Source: Dehalococcoidia bacterium
GTDB lineage: Bacteria; Chloroflexota; Dehalococcoidia; SM23-28-2; WHTN01
Direction of reading: 5' to 3'
NCBI GenBank assembly: GCA_009377715.1
Contig: WHTN01000004.1
Location: 4,753 to 68,752, forward strand
DNA length: 64,000 bases
In this document: in pieces, positions 34,162-44,106 of the stretch
Layout: each line of letters opens with the position of its first letter
Numbering within the stretch: the stretch's first letter is position 1
Notes under the pieces: model-generated
Told to the model about the DNA's origin: nothing
Databases searched by the model: none
Seen by the model: only the letters and a program-made list of their open reading frames with translations
Position numbers and translations under genes: made by a program

Positions 34162-36883
34162 CTTTGTCCTCCAAATTCTGATTTATGAGCGACTGAAGGT
34201 CGTGTCGATAGTTTAGGATGTCCCGCCATGGATCGCCGTTTTTTTGAAGGCGGGCCGGTACAGTAGCGATAGTAAAATCGGTGGGATACACCGACATCAA
34301 TTCGTCCCAGGCTATCGGCGTAGATACGCTGGCGAAAGTGCTAGGTCGGAGCGAATAAGGCGCGGCCAGGGTCTTACCTCGCGAGTTCTGATTGTGGTCG
34401 AAGAATATCTTCCCTGTCCGCTTTCCCACAGTCCATTCCATAGTGATCTCGGTAGGCAACAGTGACTGTAGGAATTTGCCTATCGTAGCGCACAACTGCC
34501 GTATGACGTCATAGTCGTATTGCCGGACTACCGGTACATATATATGAAGGCCTGTCTTGCCAGACGTCTTTACGAACGGCACGAGGCCGAGATCCTCTAA
34601 AACTGATTTAAGGGTCAGCGCGGCTTGGCGAACGCGCTGATAAGCACTTTTGTTTAGTTCCGGTTCTTCGCCCGTCTTCTCTTTCCCGGAGTAAATGTAC
34701 GGGTCGAGGTCGAAGATGATGAAGTCTGGGTAGTTCAGAGTGCTAGCGTCGATGTTTGCCTCTGACCCTTCAAAGGTCGTAGGCAGGTGCAAGGCGTCAG
34801 GCTCGGGGTTGACGCGCGATAACCACGGATGCAGTTCGATGACACCTAACTGCGCTAACCAGGCCAAGGTAGGCACGTTCTGAACGATGATGTATTCGCT
34901 ATCGGTATCGAGATGGGACGAATACAGCTTTACCTTGCTTACGAAGTCCGGTACGGGGTCCGGCACGTGCTTCTGGTAGAAGGACTGCCCGTTTATGCCG
35001 TTCGGATAGCGGGTGAGGTTCATCGGCCGCTCTTGTAAATGCGGTAGCACGTACTCCGACACAGAGACGTAGTATCGGATCAGGTCTCGTTTCGTGAAGG
35101 CCGGCCGCTTACCAACCGCAGGCCAGAGTTCCTTATTTAGATTGGTCAGCTTGATTTCGTAACCTTCGGCCGTAACGGTCATCGAATCGCGCGCGTTCTC
35201 CAACTGTTCCAACAAGCCTGAACTCGTTTGGTCTGCTGAATACATCGTTGGTATATCTGTCGTACTGGGCGCCGCTTCCACCGACTCGCGGGTGACGGTG
35301 GACGGATCTATATCATCGCGCAAACCAACGTAAACTGGGGCGCGCAGGTAATTTTCGTTAGTCCAGGAGCTAAACTTTACGCGCACGACTAGCGAAGGTT
35401 TCACCCAGAGCGGCGCCTCTTTCTGGCGGGGTATCGGTTCGTCGAAGGGATTCACATCGGTTTCGATCGCCTCCAACTTGTCCAGCAGCATTGCGAGTTC
35501 CTTATCGGTGAACCCGGAGCCGACCGAACTAGCGAAGTGCAGTTGCCCATCTTCGTAGTAGCCGAGCAGCAATGCGCCGAACGTGCGCTGGCGATGCCCC
35601 TGGCCGGGCAAGTAGCCGCAGACGACAAATTCCTGCTCCAGGACGGACTTAATTTTCAGCCAACTACTGCTACGCTGCCCAGGCTCATAGATGCCGTCAC
35701 GGCGCTTTGCCACCATGCCTTCCAGGCCGAGAGACGTCGCGATCTTGTACAGCGTCTGGCCATCGGAAGGCACGGAGTCGACGACGAGGACGTTGTCCGA
35801 GGGTGGGCAGACGGCACGCAATTGGCGCTGTCTGTCCTCCAAAGGGACCCTCGTTAGGTCGTAGCCGTCGGAGTACAGGAGGTCGAACACGTAATAGAGG
35901 ATGGGTATCGCTTGCCGGGTGCCGTTGGCGGTCGAGCCGTTCAGATAGAGGCGATTCTGCAGTAGCTGGAAGTCTGGCACGCCGCTCTCGTTTATAGCGA
36001 CGATCTCGCCGTCCAACACCAGTCCGCCATTCGCTAGGCCGGCGAGTTCGGAGACGATCTCAGGATATTGGCTGGTAATATCCAAGCCACGACGGCTTCG
36101 GAGGACGGTCTTGCCGTCTCTGATGTATGCGATCGCCCTTACCCCGTCTAGCTTGGGCTCGAAAAGCCAGGCTGGATCGGAGAAGGGCTTAGCCACAGAC
36201 TTGGCAAACATCGGCGATACAGCCTTGGGAAATGGCTTCTGCACCGCCTTACTGCTGGTCCCCGCCATCGATTGTGGCGCTTGCACGCCGCGGATGACCT
36301 GCTCGATGGTACGGCGACTGATCACGGACGCTTCATCGGATATATCCACGCCGGCATACGCATCTTTGTGCTTGATAAGCAGCCATTGCGCATCGCTGTT
36401 GCCATCCTTGCCGCGCGTCTTCACCAATGTCCAGGAGCCGCGCAGCTTAGCGCCTTTCAGCCAGATCGATATTTTGCCGTCCTCGATCTGCTTCCGCATA
36501 CGGTCCGCCGCTTCTTCTGGGTCGCCGAATGACAGTTGGTTGTTATCGTCAGGCGAATAAGTACCATAGTCCCACACGATCACCGGGCCGGCACCGTAGT
36601 TGCGTTCCGGAATAACGCCCTCGAACGTGGCGTAATCAAGCGGATGATCTTCGACCTGAACTGCGAGTCGCTTCTCGTTAGGATCGGGGGAGGGCCCTTT
36701 CGGCACAGCCCACGACTTCAGCACGCCATCGACCTCTAGGCGAAAGTCATAATGTAGGCGGCGGGCGGCGTGCTTCTGTACGACGAATATTGGGTCGGGC
36801 TGGGCGGTGTGATTCGACGCCTCCGGCTCGGGCGTACGCTGGAAGTCACGCTTTCGTTTGTATTCGACGAGGTTTTTGTTCAA
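34154..36883 (-). CDS. ligD: multidomain ATP-dependent DNA ligase LigD (phosphoesterase - ligase - polymerase/primase)
   Basis: PE domain FVVQKHAARRLHYDFRLE; ligase KxDG as EPKLDGVRA; C-terminal primase-polymerase domain; 8-nt overlap with ku. Confidence 0.9.
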   Translation of the reverse strand: MNKNLVEYKRKRDFQRTPEPEASNHTAQPDPIFVVQKHAARRLHYDFRLEVDGVLKSWAVPKGPSPDPNEKRLAVQVEDHPLDYATFEGVIPERNYGAGPVIVWDYGTYSPDDNNQLSFGDPEEAADRMRKQIEDGKISIWLKGAKLRGSWTLVKTRGKDGNSDAQWLLIKHKDAYAGVDISDEASVISRRTIEQVIRGVQAPQSMAGTSSKAVQKPFPKAVSPMFAKSVAKPFSDPAWLFEPKLDGVRAIAYIRDGKTVLRSRRGLDITSQYPEIVSELAGLANGGLVLDGEIVAINESGVPDFQLLQNRLYLNGSTANGTRQAIPILYYVFDLLYSDGYDLTRVPLEDRQRQLRAVCPPSDNVLVVDSVPSDGQTLYKIATSLGLEGMVAKRRDGIYEPGQRSSSWLKIKSVLEQEFVVCGYLPGQGHRQRTFGALLLGYYEDGQLHFASSVGSGFTDKELAMLLDKLEAIETDVNPFDEPIPRQKEAPLWVKPSLVVRVKFSSWTNENYLRAPVYVGLRDDIDPSTVTRESVEAAPSTTDIPTMYSADQTSSGLLEQLENARDSMTVTAEGYEIKLTNLNKELWPAVGKRPAFTKRDLIRYYVSVSEYVLPHLQERPMNLTRYPNGINGQSFYQKHVPDPVPDFVSKVKLYSSHLDTDSEYIIVQNVPTLAWLAQLGVIELHPWLSRVNPEPDALHLPTTFEGSEANIDASTLNYPDFIIFDLDPYIYSGKEKTGEEPELNKSAYQRVRQAALTLKSVLEDLGLVPFVKTSGKTGLHIYVPVVRQYDYDVIRQLCATIGKFLQSLLPTEITMEWTVGKRTGKIFFDHNQNSRGKTLAAPYSLRPSTFASVSTPIAWDELMSVYPTDFTIATVPARLQKNGDPWRDILNYRHDLQSLINQNLEDKDA

Positions 36884-37290
36884 CTCGCTGCCTTGAGGAA
36901 AAGCTTCAGACGAGGATAGCGGCTATTGCCCCTTATAACATGAGATTACTCAGAAGACGATTTCAATGGCGTTGAAGATCGACTACCACGAATTACAGTT
37001 CCCTAACAGCACAGCGCTGAACATAACGTGCCGCTCTATGCAATCCCCATTTCCTGTATGCCGTAGTGTGCATATGCATCAGGGTCTGCACAGTAACATA
37101 AATTAAAACGCTCGGTCAAGGTTACAGGTTACCCAGAAGCAATGCCCGTTACTTTCAATTGCTCGACTAGGCGTCTAAAGGAGCACATCCGCTTACCAAT
37201 CGAAAAATTGCAGCTTGTGCCGTGCCGTAAACCTTATTGACATCGAACGGCACAAGCATTACGCTGGTACAGACTCAGTAATGTCGTGCC

Positions 37291-38037
37291 TTGGTCAGTT
37301 TTATGGCCGATAGCCGCAAAGTTGCCGTCTACGTTTCACTGCGAACCCTCCTCAAAGCCATTGAGACGCTGGAGGATGGGCTACCTCCACGCATCGATAC
37401 CTCTGTCTTCAACAGCTTCTCCGTGCCGGTAAGAAGTCACCTCCTATCGGCCTTTAAATTCCTCGGCCTTATCGACGATGACGGGCATATACAAGAAGCC
37501 CTCGCCCAGCTCATACGCGACAAGGAAAGTCGCGCTATCACTTTCAGTGAAGTCTGCGAACGAAGCTATAAAGAGATCGTTAAGCTAGCCGAAGAGACCG
37601 CGTCGCAACGAGACCTCGATGACGCCATGCGCGTCCACGGCGTACAAGGCGCTACACTGGAAAAGGCGGTGCGTTTTTATCTGCAAGCAGCCGAATACGC
37701 CGGGCTTCCCGTCTCGCCATTATGGCGAAACATGAGGGGCCGCTCTAGGCCAACCGACCGCGCAAGACGGGCGACCTCGCAAAGAGCCACGCGAGCTTCG
37801 CAAGCAGCAAGGTCCGCCATGCCGGAAAACGGCTATGGAGGCTCCCAAGCAGAGCGCAAAGGCGACGAGGATATATTGACCGCAGAGTTCTCTAGCGAAG
37901 GAAGCGTTATCTTACACCTGAAGTCAGAGGCAGCTTTCCATCCCGATTTCGTCTTTTCAATAATCGACAAGGTGATGGAAAGAGTCGCTCAGTACGAAAC
38001 GAAAGCAGCGCCGTCGCAAGGGCAGGACTTCGAATAG
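37291..38037 (+). CDS. hypothetical protein with R/S-rich low-complexity linker
   Basis: 248-aa ORF after a ~400-bp AT-rich intergenic region. Confidence 0.5.
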   Translation: MVSFMADSRKVAVYVSLRTLLKAIETLEDGLPPRIDTSVFNSFSVPVRSHLLSAFKFLGLIDDDGHIQEALAQLIRDKESRAITFSEVCERSYKEIVKLAEETASQRDLDDAMRVHGVQGATLEKAVRFYLQAAEYAGLPVSPLWRNMRGRSRPTDRARRATSQRATRASQAARSAMPENGYGGSQAERKGDEDILTAEFSSEGSVILHLKSEAAFHPDFVFSIIDKVMERVAQYETKAAPSQGQDFE

Positions 38038-38110
38038 TGCGTCAAATTTTAGCAGTCGCAAGCCAAGCCGCTGGAATTCGCTTACCCGGTCCGGACTACA
38101 ACCAGCTTGT

Positions 38111-39181
38111 CTACGCCAGACTCTGCTCCCCACACCTCGCCCGGGCGACCCAGGATCTGGCGCACGTTAGCCGGCGAACTTGGCAGGGTAAAGACCTGGA
38201 AGGCCTCCTGCACCGGATCGAAGCGCACCATAGCGTTCGCCCGAAATCGCTCAGCCAGACGATATCTTCATCGTCGACGTAGACCGCGTACGCCTGCGGG
38301 CGATCGCCGGGCAACCGCCACTCGCTCCAAGAGTTCGTAGCGGGATCGTACATGCCAAGCTGTCCCGCGTTCCACTCGCTTACCCAGACGCGACCCTGCG
38401 AGTCCGGCCATACCCGGGCGCGCTCCTTGACCGGCAGTCGGCGGTTCGATGACCGCGGCATCTCCAGTTTCCAAATCGATGCGAGTGATGTGACTGCCAG
38501 CCAGCGAGGCGTAATACACGTCGCCAGCTGGCGTAGTGCTGATCCCGTACGGCCCGCGGCCACGCGGGGCGTCGAAGACCTCGATCTCTCCAGTTTCGGG
38601 ATCGAGGCGGCCGTAGATGCCGTTCTGCCCCGTGAACCAGAGGATGCCCCGATTATCGAAGGTAGCTGTGTTCAGATTGGCCGAGCCTACCGGCAAAGGG
38701 TACACCACCTGCACTTCCTCCATCGCCGGGTCAACCCTTACGATAGAGTTCAGGCCGCCATCCGTGATCCAGGGCGCACCATCCGGCCCAATGATGACGC
38801 CGTGCGGGCCGAGCCACTACCTAGATCGATATGATGCGTCTGGCCGGTGGCTGGATCGAGGCGGCCGAGCTCGCCACTACCCTGCGCCGTGTACCAAACG
38901 CTTCCGTCCGGCGCGGGCGCTACGTCGTGCGGACGCGAGCCGGCCGGCACCGCGTACTCTTGGATCTGAGGCTCGATCACCTCGGGACGTGGTGTCGCAA
39001 CCGGTGAAACGGACGTTGTGGGGGTAGCAGTGGACGATGGCGTCACTACAGGCTCGCTCGGCGACGGTCCGCCGGACGCTGTCTGATCGCCGTCGCCTCC
39101 ACAAGCGCTAACTATGATGGCTACGGATATCAGCCACGCGAAGGCAGCGAAGAATCCTACCAGCCGTTTGCGTACAATCAT
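38111..39181 (-). pseudogene. Vgb-like (streptogramin-lyase-type) beta-propeller lipoprotein, broken into at least 3 frames
   Basis: lipobox ..VSACGG..; PT-rich linker; repeats ..GSVWYTAQGSGELGRLDPATGQ.. / ..GILWFTGQNGIYGRLDPETGE.. / ..GRVWVSEWNAGQLGMYDPATN.. in three different frames. Confidence 0.6.
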
Positions 39182-39329
39182 ACCTTTGCTCTATCAAATT
39201 ATACGGCCCGCTCTGGCCAAGCGATGCATGGATCGAAAGCCAAAGCGCCTCCCTGTCCTCGCCAAATACCCAATCTGGTAAAGTCGTGATATTGTAGCAT
39301 TGCTCACACACCTATCAGGGGGACGTTGA

Positions 39330-40271
39330 ATGTATACGAAGATTTTAGCACCGCTGGACGGCTCAAAACTTGCAGAGCAGGTACTGCCTTACGCAGGCGC
39401 GCTGGCAGCGGGACTTAACATCAGCCTTAAGCTTTTTCACGCCGTAGACTTAAGGCCGCTCTCCATAGCCGATCCCATGACGGCGCGCTACTTCGATTAC
39501 GAAGGTCTGCGTACCGAATCAGAGAACTACTTGCAGGAACTCGGAGCGCCGCTGAGGAGCGAAGGTGTGCACGTCTCCATCGAAGTAGCAGAGGGGACCC
39601 CGGAACAAGCCATACTAAGCGAACTTGAACAGGACCCCAACGCACTGATCGCAGTAACAACGCATGGACGGTCCGGCCTTAGCCGCTGGGTGCTGGGCAG
39701 TACCGCAGAAAAGATCCTTCATGCGACTACCAACCCGATGTTAGTGATCCGTTCTTACGAAGAAGATTCGGCACCACACAACGTCAAGTTGGAGAAGCTG
39801 ATCGTTCCCCTGGACGGCTCTCGGGTGGCGGAACAGATCTTACCTCACGCGATCGCGGTAGCTAAAGCGCTCCGGCTGGACGTGTATCTCATCCGCTCTA
39901 TCCCATCCAGCGGAGAGTACCATCGATATATGGAAGAGTATGTCGAAGCCGGCCCTGATCCGACGGTAGGCAGCAGGTCTAGCGGCCTTTACGAAGAGTT
40001 CTCCAACACCGCGAGCGCCCAGATTCAGGAATATCTTCGCAAGGTGGGCGACCGGTTCAGAGCTGAGGACGTGTTCTCCGTGCATGAGAAGATCCTCGAA
40101 GGGTCAGCTGCCGATGCGATAATTGAACTCGCGCACGAGACGCCCAACAACCTCATCGCGATGACCTCGCACGGCCGTTCCGGTATAGGCCGCTGGATAA
40201 TGGGCAGCGTAAGCGATCGCATAGTGCGGTATTCCCACGATCCGGTTCTGATGGTGCGGGCGACCGAATAA
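39330..40271 (+). CDS. tandem universal stress protein (two UspA domains)
   Basis: two ..HGRSG.. ATP-binding-type motifs. Confidence 0.85.
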   Translation: MYTKILAPLDGSKLAEQVLPYAGALAAGLNISLKLFHAVDLRPLSIADPMTARYFDYEGLRTESENYLQELGAPLRSEGVHVSIEVAEGTPEQAILSELEQDPNALIAVTTHGRSGLSRWVLGSTAEKILHATTNPMLVIRSYEEDSAPHNVKLEKLIVPLDGSRVAEQILPHAIAVAKALRLDVYLIRSIPSSGEYHRYMEEYVEAGPDPTVGSRSSGLYEEFSNTASAQIQEYLRKVGDRFRAEDVFSVHEKILEGSAADAIIELAHETPNNLIAMTSHGRSGIGRWIMGSVSDRIVRYSHDPVLMVRATE

Positions 40272-40293
40272 CAACGCCGAAAGGAGGCGAACG

Positions 40294-40569
40294 ATGGCGA
40301 TCTTCGTAACTATAGTGATTCGTCCGCCAGATCCTGAGCGCTTCGAAGCCGCGATACGTGAATTCGGGTGGCCCGGAGAAGCCGACGGCGCATGGGACCA
40401 GTTCTTCGGAAAGCGTGAGGGCGATCCTAGTCTATATGTCATAGCCGGAAAATGGGACTCACACGAAGCGATGCACCGCTATACGGACAGGATCGGCGGA
40501 GCGTTCAACGCGCGTGCGGGGACAGAGGACGCCGAGTGGCAGACTCTTACCTGGGAGATAATCGAGTAG
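40294..40569 (+). CDS. small ABM-like (antibiotic-biosynthesis-monooxygenase fold) protein, putative
   Basis: 91-aa ORF ..WDSHEAMHRYTD.. pattern. Confidence 0.4.
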   Translation: MAIFVTIVIRPPDPERFEAAIREFGWPGEADGAWDQFFGKREGDPSLYVIAGKWDSHEAMHRYTDRIGGAFNARAGTEDAEWQTLTWEIIE

Positions 40570-41189
40570 CCTAAAATAGGTGATGCACGTAGGTTCATGC
40601 ACGTGGAAAACGGAATGAGCACGGCGATCAGCATATGTTCCGACCAGCATCGACGTCAGCGCTCATCGGCGTGATCGACCTGCTGCTGTTGCTGGTCTTA
40701 GCGGGGTGTGGATGGGGTTTGTAGGCTTGGGCCGCGAGCCAGACCGACGCAGAAGCCTGGGATCACGAATCCTTTTGGTCGATAGTCCTTCCAGCTATGC
40801 TTCTATTGAGTGGCGCCGCTGGCTGGCTTTGTCCCGGTGTGGCCAGGCTGGTGGGTGTGGCGCTGATTGTGCCGCAGGCGATTACGCTATTCGCGACATC
40901 GGGAAGTGGCCCGCTGGCGATCGTCGGCCTTTTTGTTCTTTATCATATTCGCCGTGTTTTCAGCACCGTTGCGCTGATCGCGGCAAGCTTGCGAAAGCCA
41001 CCGTCGGCTGCAAGGCGTCCGTAGACACGAGAGAACAATGCAGTGTTCAACGCCCATGCGCGGGCAGAAGATGTCAAAATGGCAAACTCTCGGGAATACT
41101 CGCGTACTAACACATACGGCACCTGGAAAAGTGAAATATACCGATGTATGCTATATGTAAAGTCCAGAAGTGAATTCATCTAAGCGTAT

Positions 41190-42341
41190 ATGAACCAGCA
41201 AAAACCCTTAAACACAGGACAGGCAACTCTCCAGCGCTACGCCGATAACCTAAGAGATGAGGCCGAAGGCATTCATCTTTATCGGATGCTCGCCGCGCAC
41301 GAGAAGAATGACCAGCGTAAGCAAATTTTGCTTGGGCTGGCCGCCGTCGAGGAGCGTCATGCGGAGATCTGGCGCGAGAGATTACGCTCCTCCGGTATTG
41401 AAACGTCTGACTATGGGCCCAGCCTACGCGTAAAAATCCTCGGTTTCTTAGCCAAACGTTTCGGCGTGCAGACGGTGTTGCCGGTGGTGCGCATAATGGA
41501 GGCCGAAGGCTACAGCAAGTACATGGGCCAGGGATCCTTAGGCGCGTCTCTCGCCTCCGACGAGTTGGAGCATGGCCGCACACTCGCTCGCCTGGAGAAG
41601 GGAGGCTCCGAGAAGACCGGGGACATCACAAAGTATGAGACGTGGCACCGCCGTGGGGCGGGTGGCGCTCTGCGCGCTAGCATCTTCGGCGTGAGCGACG
41701 GCTTAGTATCTAACGCGTCGCTGATCATGGGCTTCGCTGGGGCACGAGTAGACGAGGAGTTTATCGTCCTGGCGGGCGTAGCTGGCCTGCTTGCCGGATC
41801 GTTCTCTATGGCGGTAGGTGAATACGCCTCCATGCGCGCTCAGCGAGAGCTCTTCGAACGGCAGATAGCGCTGGAGAGGATGGAGCTCGAAATCGCCCCT
41901 GAAGAGGAGCGTGACGAACTGCTGCGTATCTATCAGGCCAAAGGGTTGCCAGAAGATGAAGCCGTGACCGTGGTAGACCGCCTGATGGAGGATCCGGAGG
42001 TCGCCCTCGATAGCCTCATACGGGAAGAGCTGGGCCTCGACCCGGAAGAGCTCGGGTCGCCCTGGGCCGCGGCCATAGGGTCTTTCGTATCGTTCGCTTT
42101 CGGCGCCCTTGTGCCAGTAGCGCCCTTCTTCTTCGGCTTTGCGACCGGCAGCATAACGCCTCTCATTATCATAAGCATCATATTGAGCGCGCTGGCCCTG
42201 TTCGCTCTCGGCGGTTCGCTGTCGCTTTTCACCGGCCGTAACGTTATGGCAAGTGGCGGCCGGCAAGTAGCGCTCGGTGTTATCGCAGCGGCCTTGACCT
42301 TCGGTATCGGCCGTATAATCGGCGTCTCGGCTGGACTATAG
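41190..42341 (+). CDS. MbfA-like protein: N-terminal ferritin-like/erythrin domain fused to VIT1/CCC1-family Fe/Mn transporter
   Basis: ferritin-like ..GIHLYRMLAAHE..EERHAEIWRE..; C-terminal VIT-type TM domain. Confidence 0.75.
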   Translation: MNQQKPLNTGQATLQRYADNLRDEAEGIHLYRMLAAHEKNDQRKQILLGLAAVEERHAEIWRERLRSSGIETSDYGPSLRVKILGFLAKRFGVQTVLPVVRIMEAEGYSKYMGQGSLGASLASDELEHGRTLARLEKGGSEKTGDITKYETWHRRGAGGALRASIFGVSDGLVSNASLIMGFAGARVDEEFIVLAGVAGLLAGSFSMAVGEYASMRAQRELFERQIALERMELEIAPEEERDELLRIYQAKGLPEDEAVTVVDRLMEDPEVALDSLIREELGLDPEELGSPWAAAIGSFVSFAFGALVPVAPFFFGFATGSITPLIIISIILSALALFALGGSLSLFTGRNVMASGGRQVALGVIAAALTFGIGRIIGVSAGL

Positions 42342-42491
42342 CCTCTCCTCTAAGTCATTGCGAAGCGCCCATGGCGCTGAAGCAATCTCCGCCAGTTCCA
42401 TTACGTTTGCTCAATGCCACTGAGCTACCGTTGTATCGCAGTTGAGGGATTGCCACGGCCGCCTTATGGCGGCCTAGCAATAACATTAGTT

Positions 42492-42583
42492 CCGCTCATG
42501 GATTCGACAGGCTCACCATGAGCGGTTCCTTCGCTCCACCCCTGGGCGGTTCTTCCCGCTCACCCTGAGCTTGTCGAAGGGCC
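42492..42583. repeat. REP-like repeat, family 1, two-unit copy (CCGCTCATGG...CCATGAGCGG hairpin, then CCCGCTCACCCTGAGCTTGTCGAAGGGCC)
   Basis: read directly; between convergent MbfA-like and aminotransferase genes. Confidence 0.6.
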
Positions 42584-42630
42584 ATTCCTATCGCTACAGC
42601 GGCTCGCTAAGGCGAAAGCCATTGGAAGGC

Positions 42631-43884
42631 TTAATCTCGGACGGCTTCCTTCTGCGCGCCGATGGCGGCGGCGAACCCGGGCAACGCTCGCTCGATCATC
42701 TCATCGCTGGCGGTGAGCGATATGCGGAAGTAGCCGGGCATTTCGAATACCGCGCCCGGCAGGCAGAAGACATCGTGCTTCGCCAGAAGATCGCAGAAGG
42801 CCATATCGACGGCAAGCGGGGACTTCACGAGCAGGTAAAACGTCCCTTCCGGCGTCTGTAGATCGTAGCCCATCTTCCGCGACTCCGGCACCATCCGGTC
42901 GCGTTTCGCCTGCAGATGCGCTATGTCTATCGACAAGACGTCGATATCGGGCAGCGCGTGCTGCAGCAGAGCGTTCGGAAACGCGAAGCCGTTCACGAGC
43001 TGCGAGGCGAAGATCGCCGGACGCAGATCATCTCGACCCTGCATCACTGGCGGCAGAGCGATATACCCGATCCGCTGACCCGGCGTAAGCAGAGTCTTGC
43101 CGTAGGTGTACAGCAGAAGCGAATTGGGATAATACCCTGTCGGACTGGGATAATGGTTGCCATCGTAAAGGATGTGGCTATATGCCTCGTCGGAAAGGAT
43201 ATAGATCGCCCGGCCGTTACGTTGACTGGCAGCTTCGAGCAAGCTCGCCAGCCGTTCTAGCGTTTCGGGAGGATATATCCTGCCGGTAGGGTTGTTCGGA
43301 GAGCTGATGATAATGGCACGCGTGCGAGGCGTGATCACCGCTTCGATCGCCTTTAAGTCGAGGTCGAACGTTTCCCGATTGCACCTGACTCTAACCGGCA
43401 CGTCGCCCGCCGCAGCTATGATCGCTTCGTAGAAGAACCAGGGAGGACTGACGAAGATTACCTCATCGCCGGGGTCGGTAACGGCCGCGATGCTCACCGA
43501 CAACGCCGAGAAGAGGCAGGTGGTCATAAAAATGTCGTTTGGCTCGAAGGCGACGCCGCGCTGTCGTTGCAACGATTCGGCGATGATCGCCCGGGAAGCG
43601 GGCTCGTTCTCTTTGTAGGCGAACCAGTCTTTGTTCTGCGGTTCGGCCCACTTCTTCAAAGCGGCTGTGAACTCCGGCAGCGGCCATTCTTGGGGATTGC
43701 CGACCATGAAATCGCTGAGGCCGGGCTCACCCAGCCGGCGCGACCATTCAGAGTTGGTGATGAAGTCCACTACGGGCGCCATTATTTGCAGGATATCGCT
43801 CATCCGTTTAGAAGGACCATTCATACTCATTCTAGACCTCCAAATACGTGAATAGGACGCTTCGCCTAAGAGCTGCCTGCCCAA
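42631..43884 (-). CDS. PLP-dependent aminotransferase, class I/II
   Basis: 417-aa ORF with fold-type I aminotransferase features; true start may be the internal MSMNG (~43830). Confidence 0.8.
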   Translation of the reverse strand: MGRQLLGEASYSRIWRSRMSMNGPSKRMSDILQIMAPVVDFITNSEWSRRLGEPGLSDFMVGNPQEWPLPEFTAALKKWAEPQNKDWFAYKENEPASRAIIAESLQRQRGVAFEPNDIFMTTCLFSALSVSIAAVTDPGDEVIFVSPPWFFYEAIIAAAGDVPVRVRCNRETFDLDLKAIEAVITPRTRAIIISSPNNPTGRIYPPETLERLASLLEAASQRNGRAIYILSDEAYSHILYDGNHYPSPTGYYPNSLLLYTYGKTLLTPGQRIGYIALPPVMQGRDDLRPAIFASQLVNGFAFPNALLQHALPDIDVLSIDIAHLQAKRDRMVPESRKMGYDLQTPEGTFYLLVKSPLAVDMAFCDLLAKHDVFCLPGAVFEMPGYFRISLTASDEMIERALPGFAAAIGAQKEAVRD

Positions 43885-43943
43885 TTATGTCACTCTGAGT
43901 GCAACGGAGAGTCTTACGTAAATATGAATCAAGCGTAAGATTC

Positions 43944-43981
43944 TTCGCTCCCCGGAGTTTACCCTGAGTTTATCGAAGGGG
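43944..43981. repeat. REP-like repeat, family 1, degenerate copy (..TTTACCCTGAGTTTATCGAAGGGG..)
   Basis: read directly. Confidence 0.4.
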
Positions 43982-44106
43982 TCGCTCAAGAATGACAGTA
44001 ATAACTTGCTGGATTAGCGCAGACCCTAGAACAGATCGCTCTCTTTCGTGCGTCCGCCGTTCACTAGGCTGAACGCCCGGTAGTAGCCCATCGAACTCCA
44101 AAGCTC

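Noticed and set aside
40706-41110. Overlapping 134-aa and 75-aa plus-strand ORFs
   Set aside because: The two frames conflict. The 75-aa frame looks like a small membrane peptide, but there is no RBS or homology I can support. It may be another frame-broken membrane gene.
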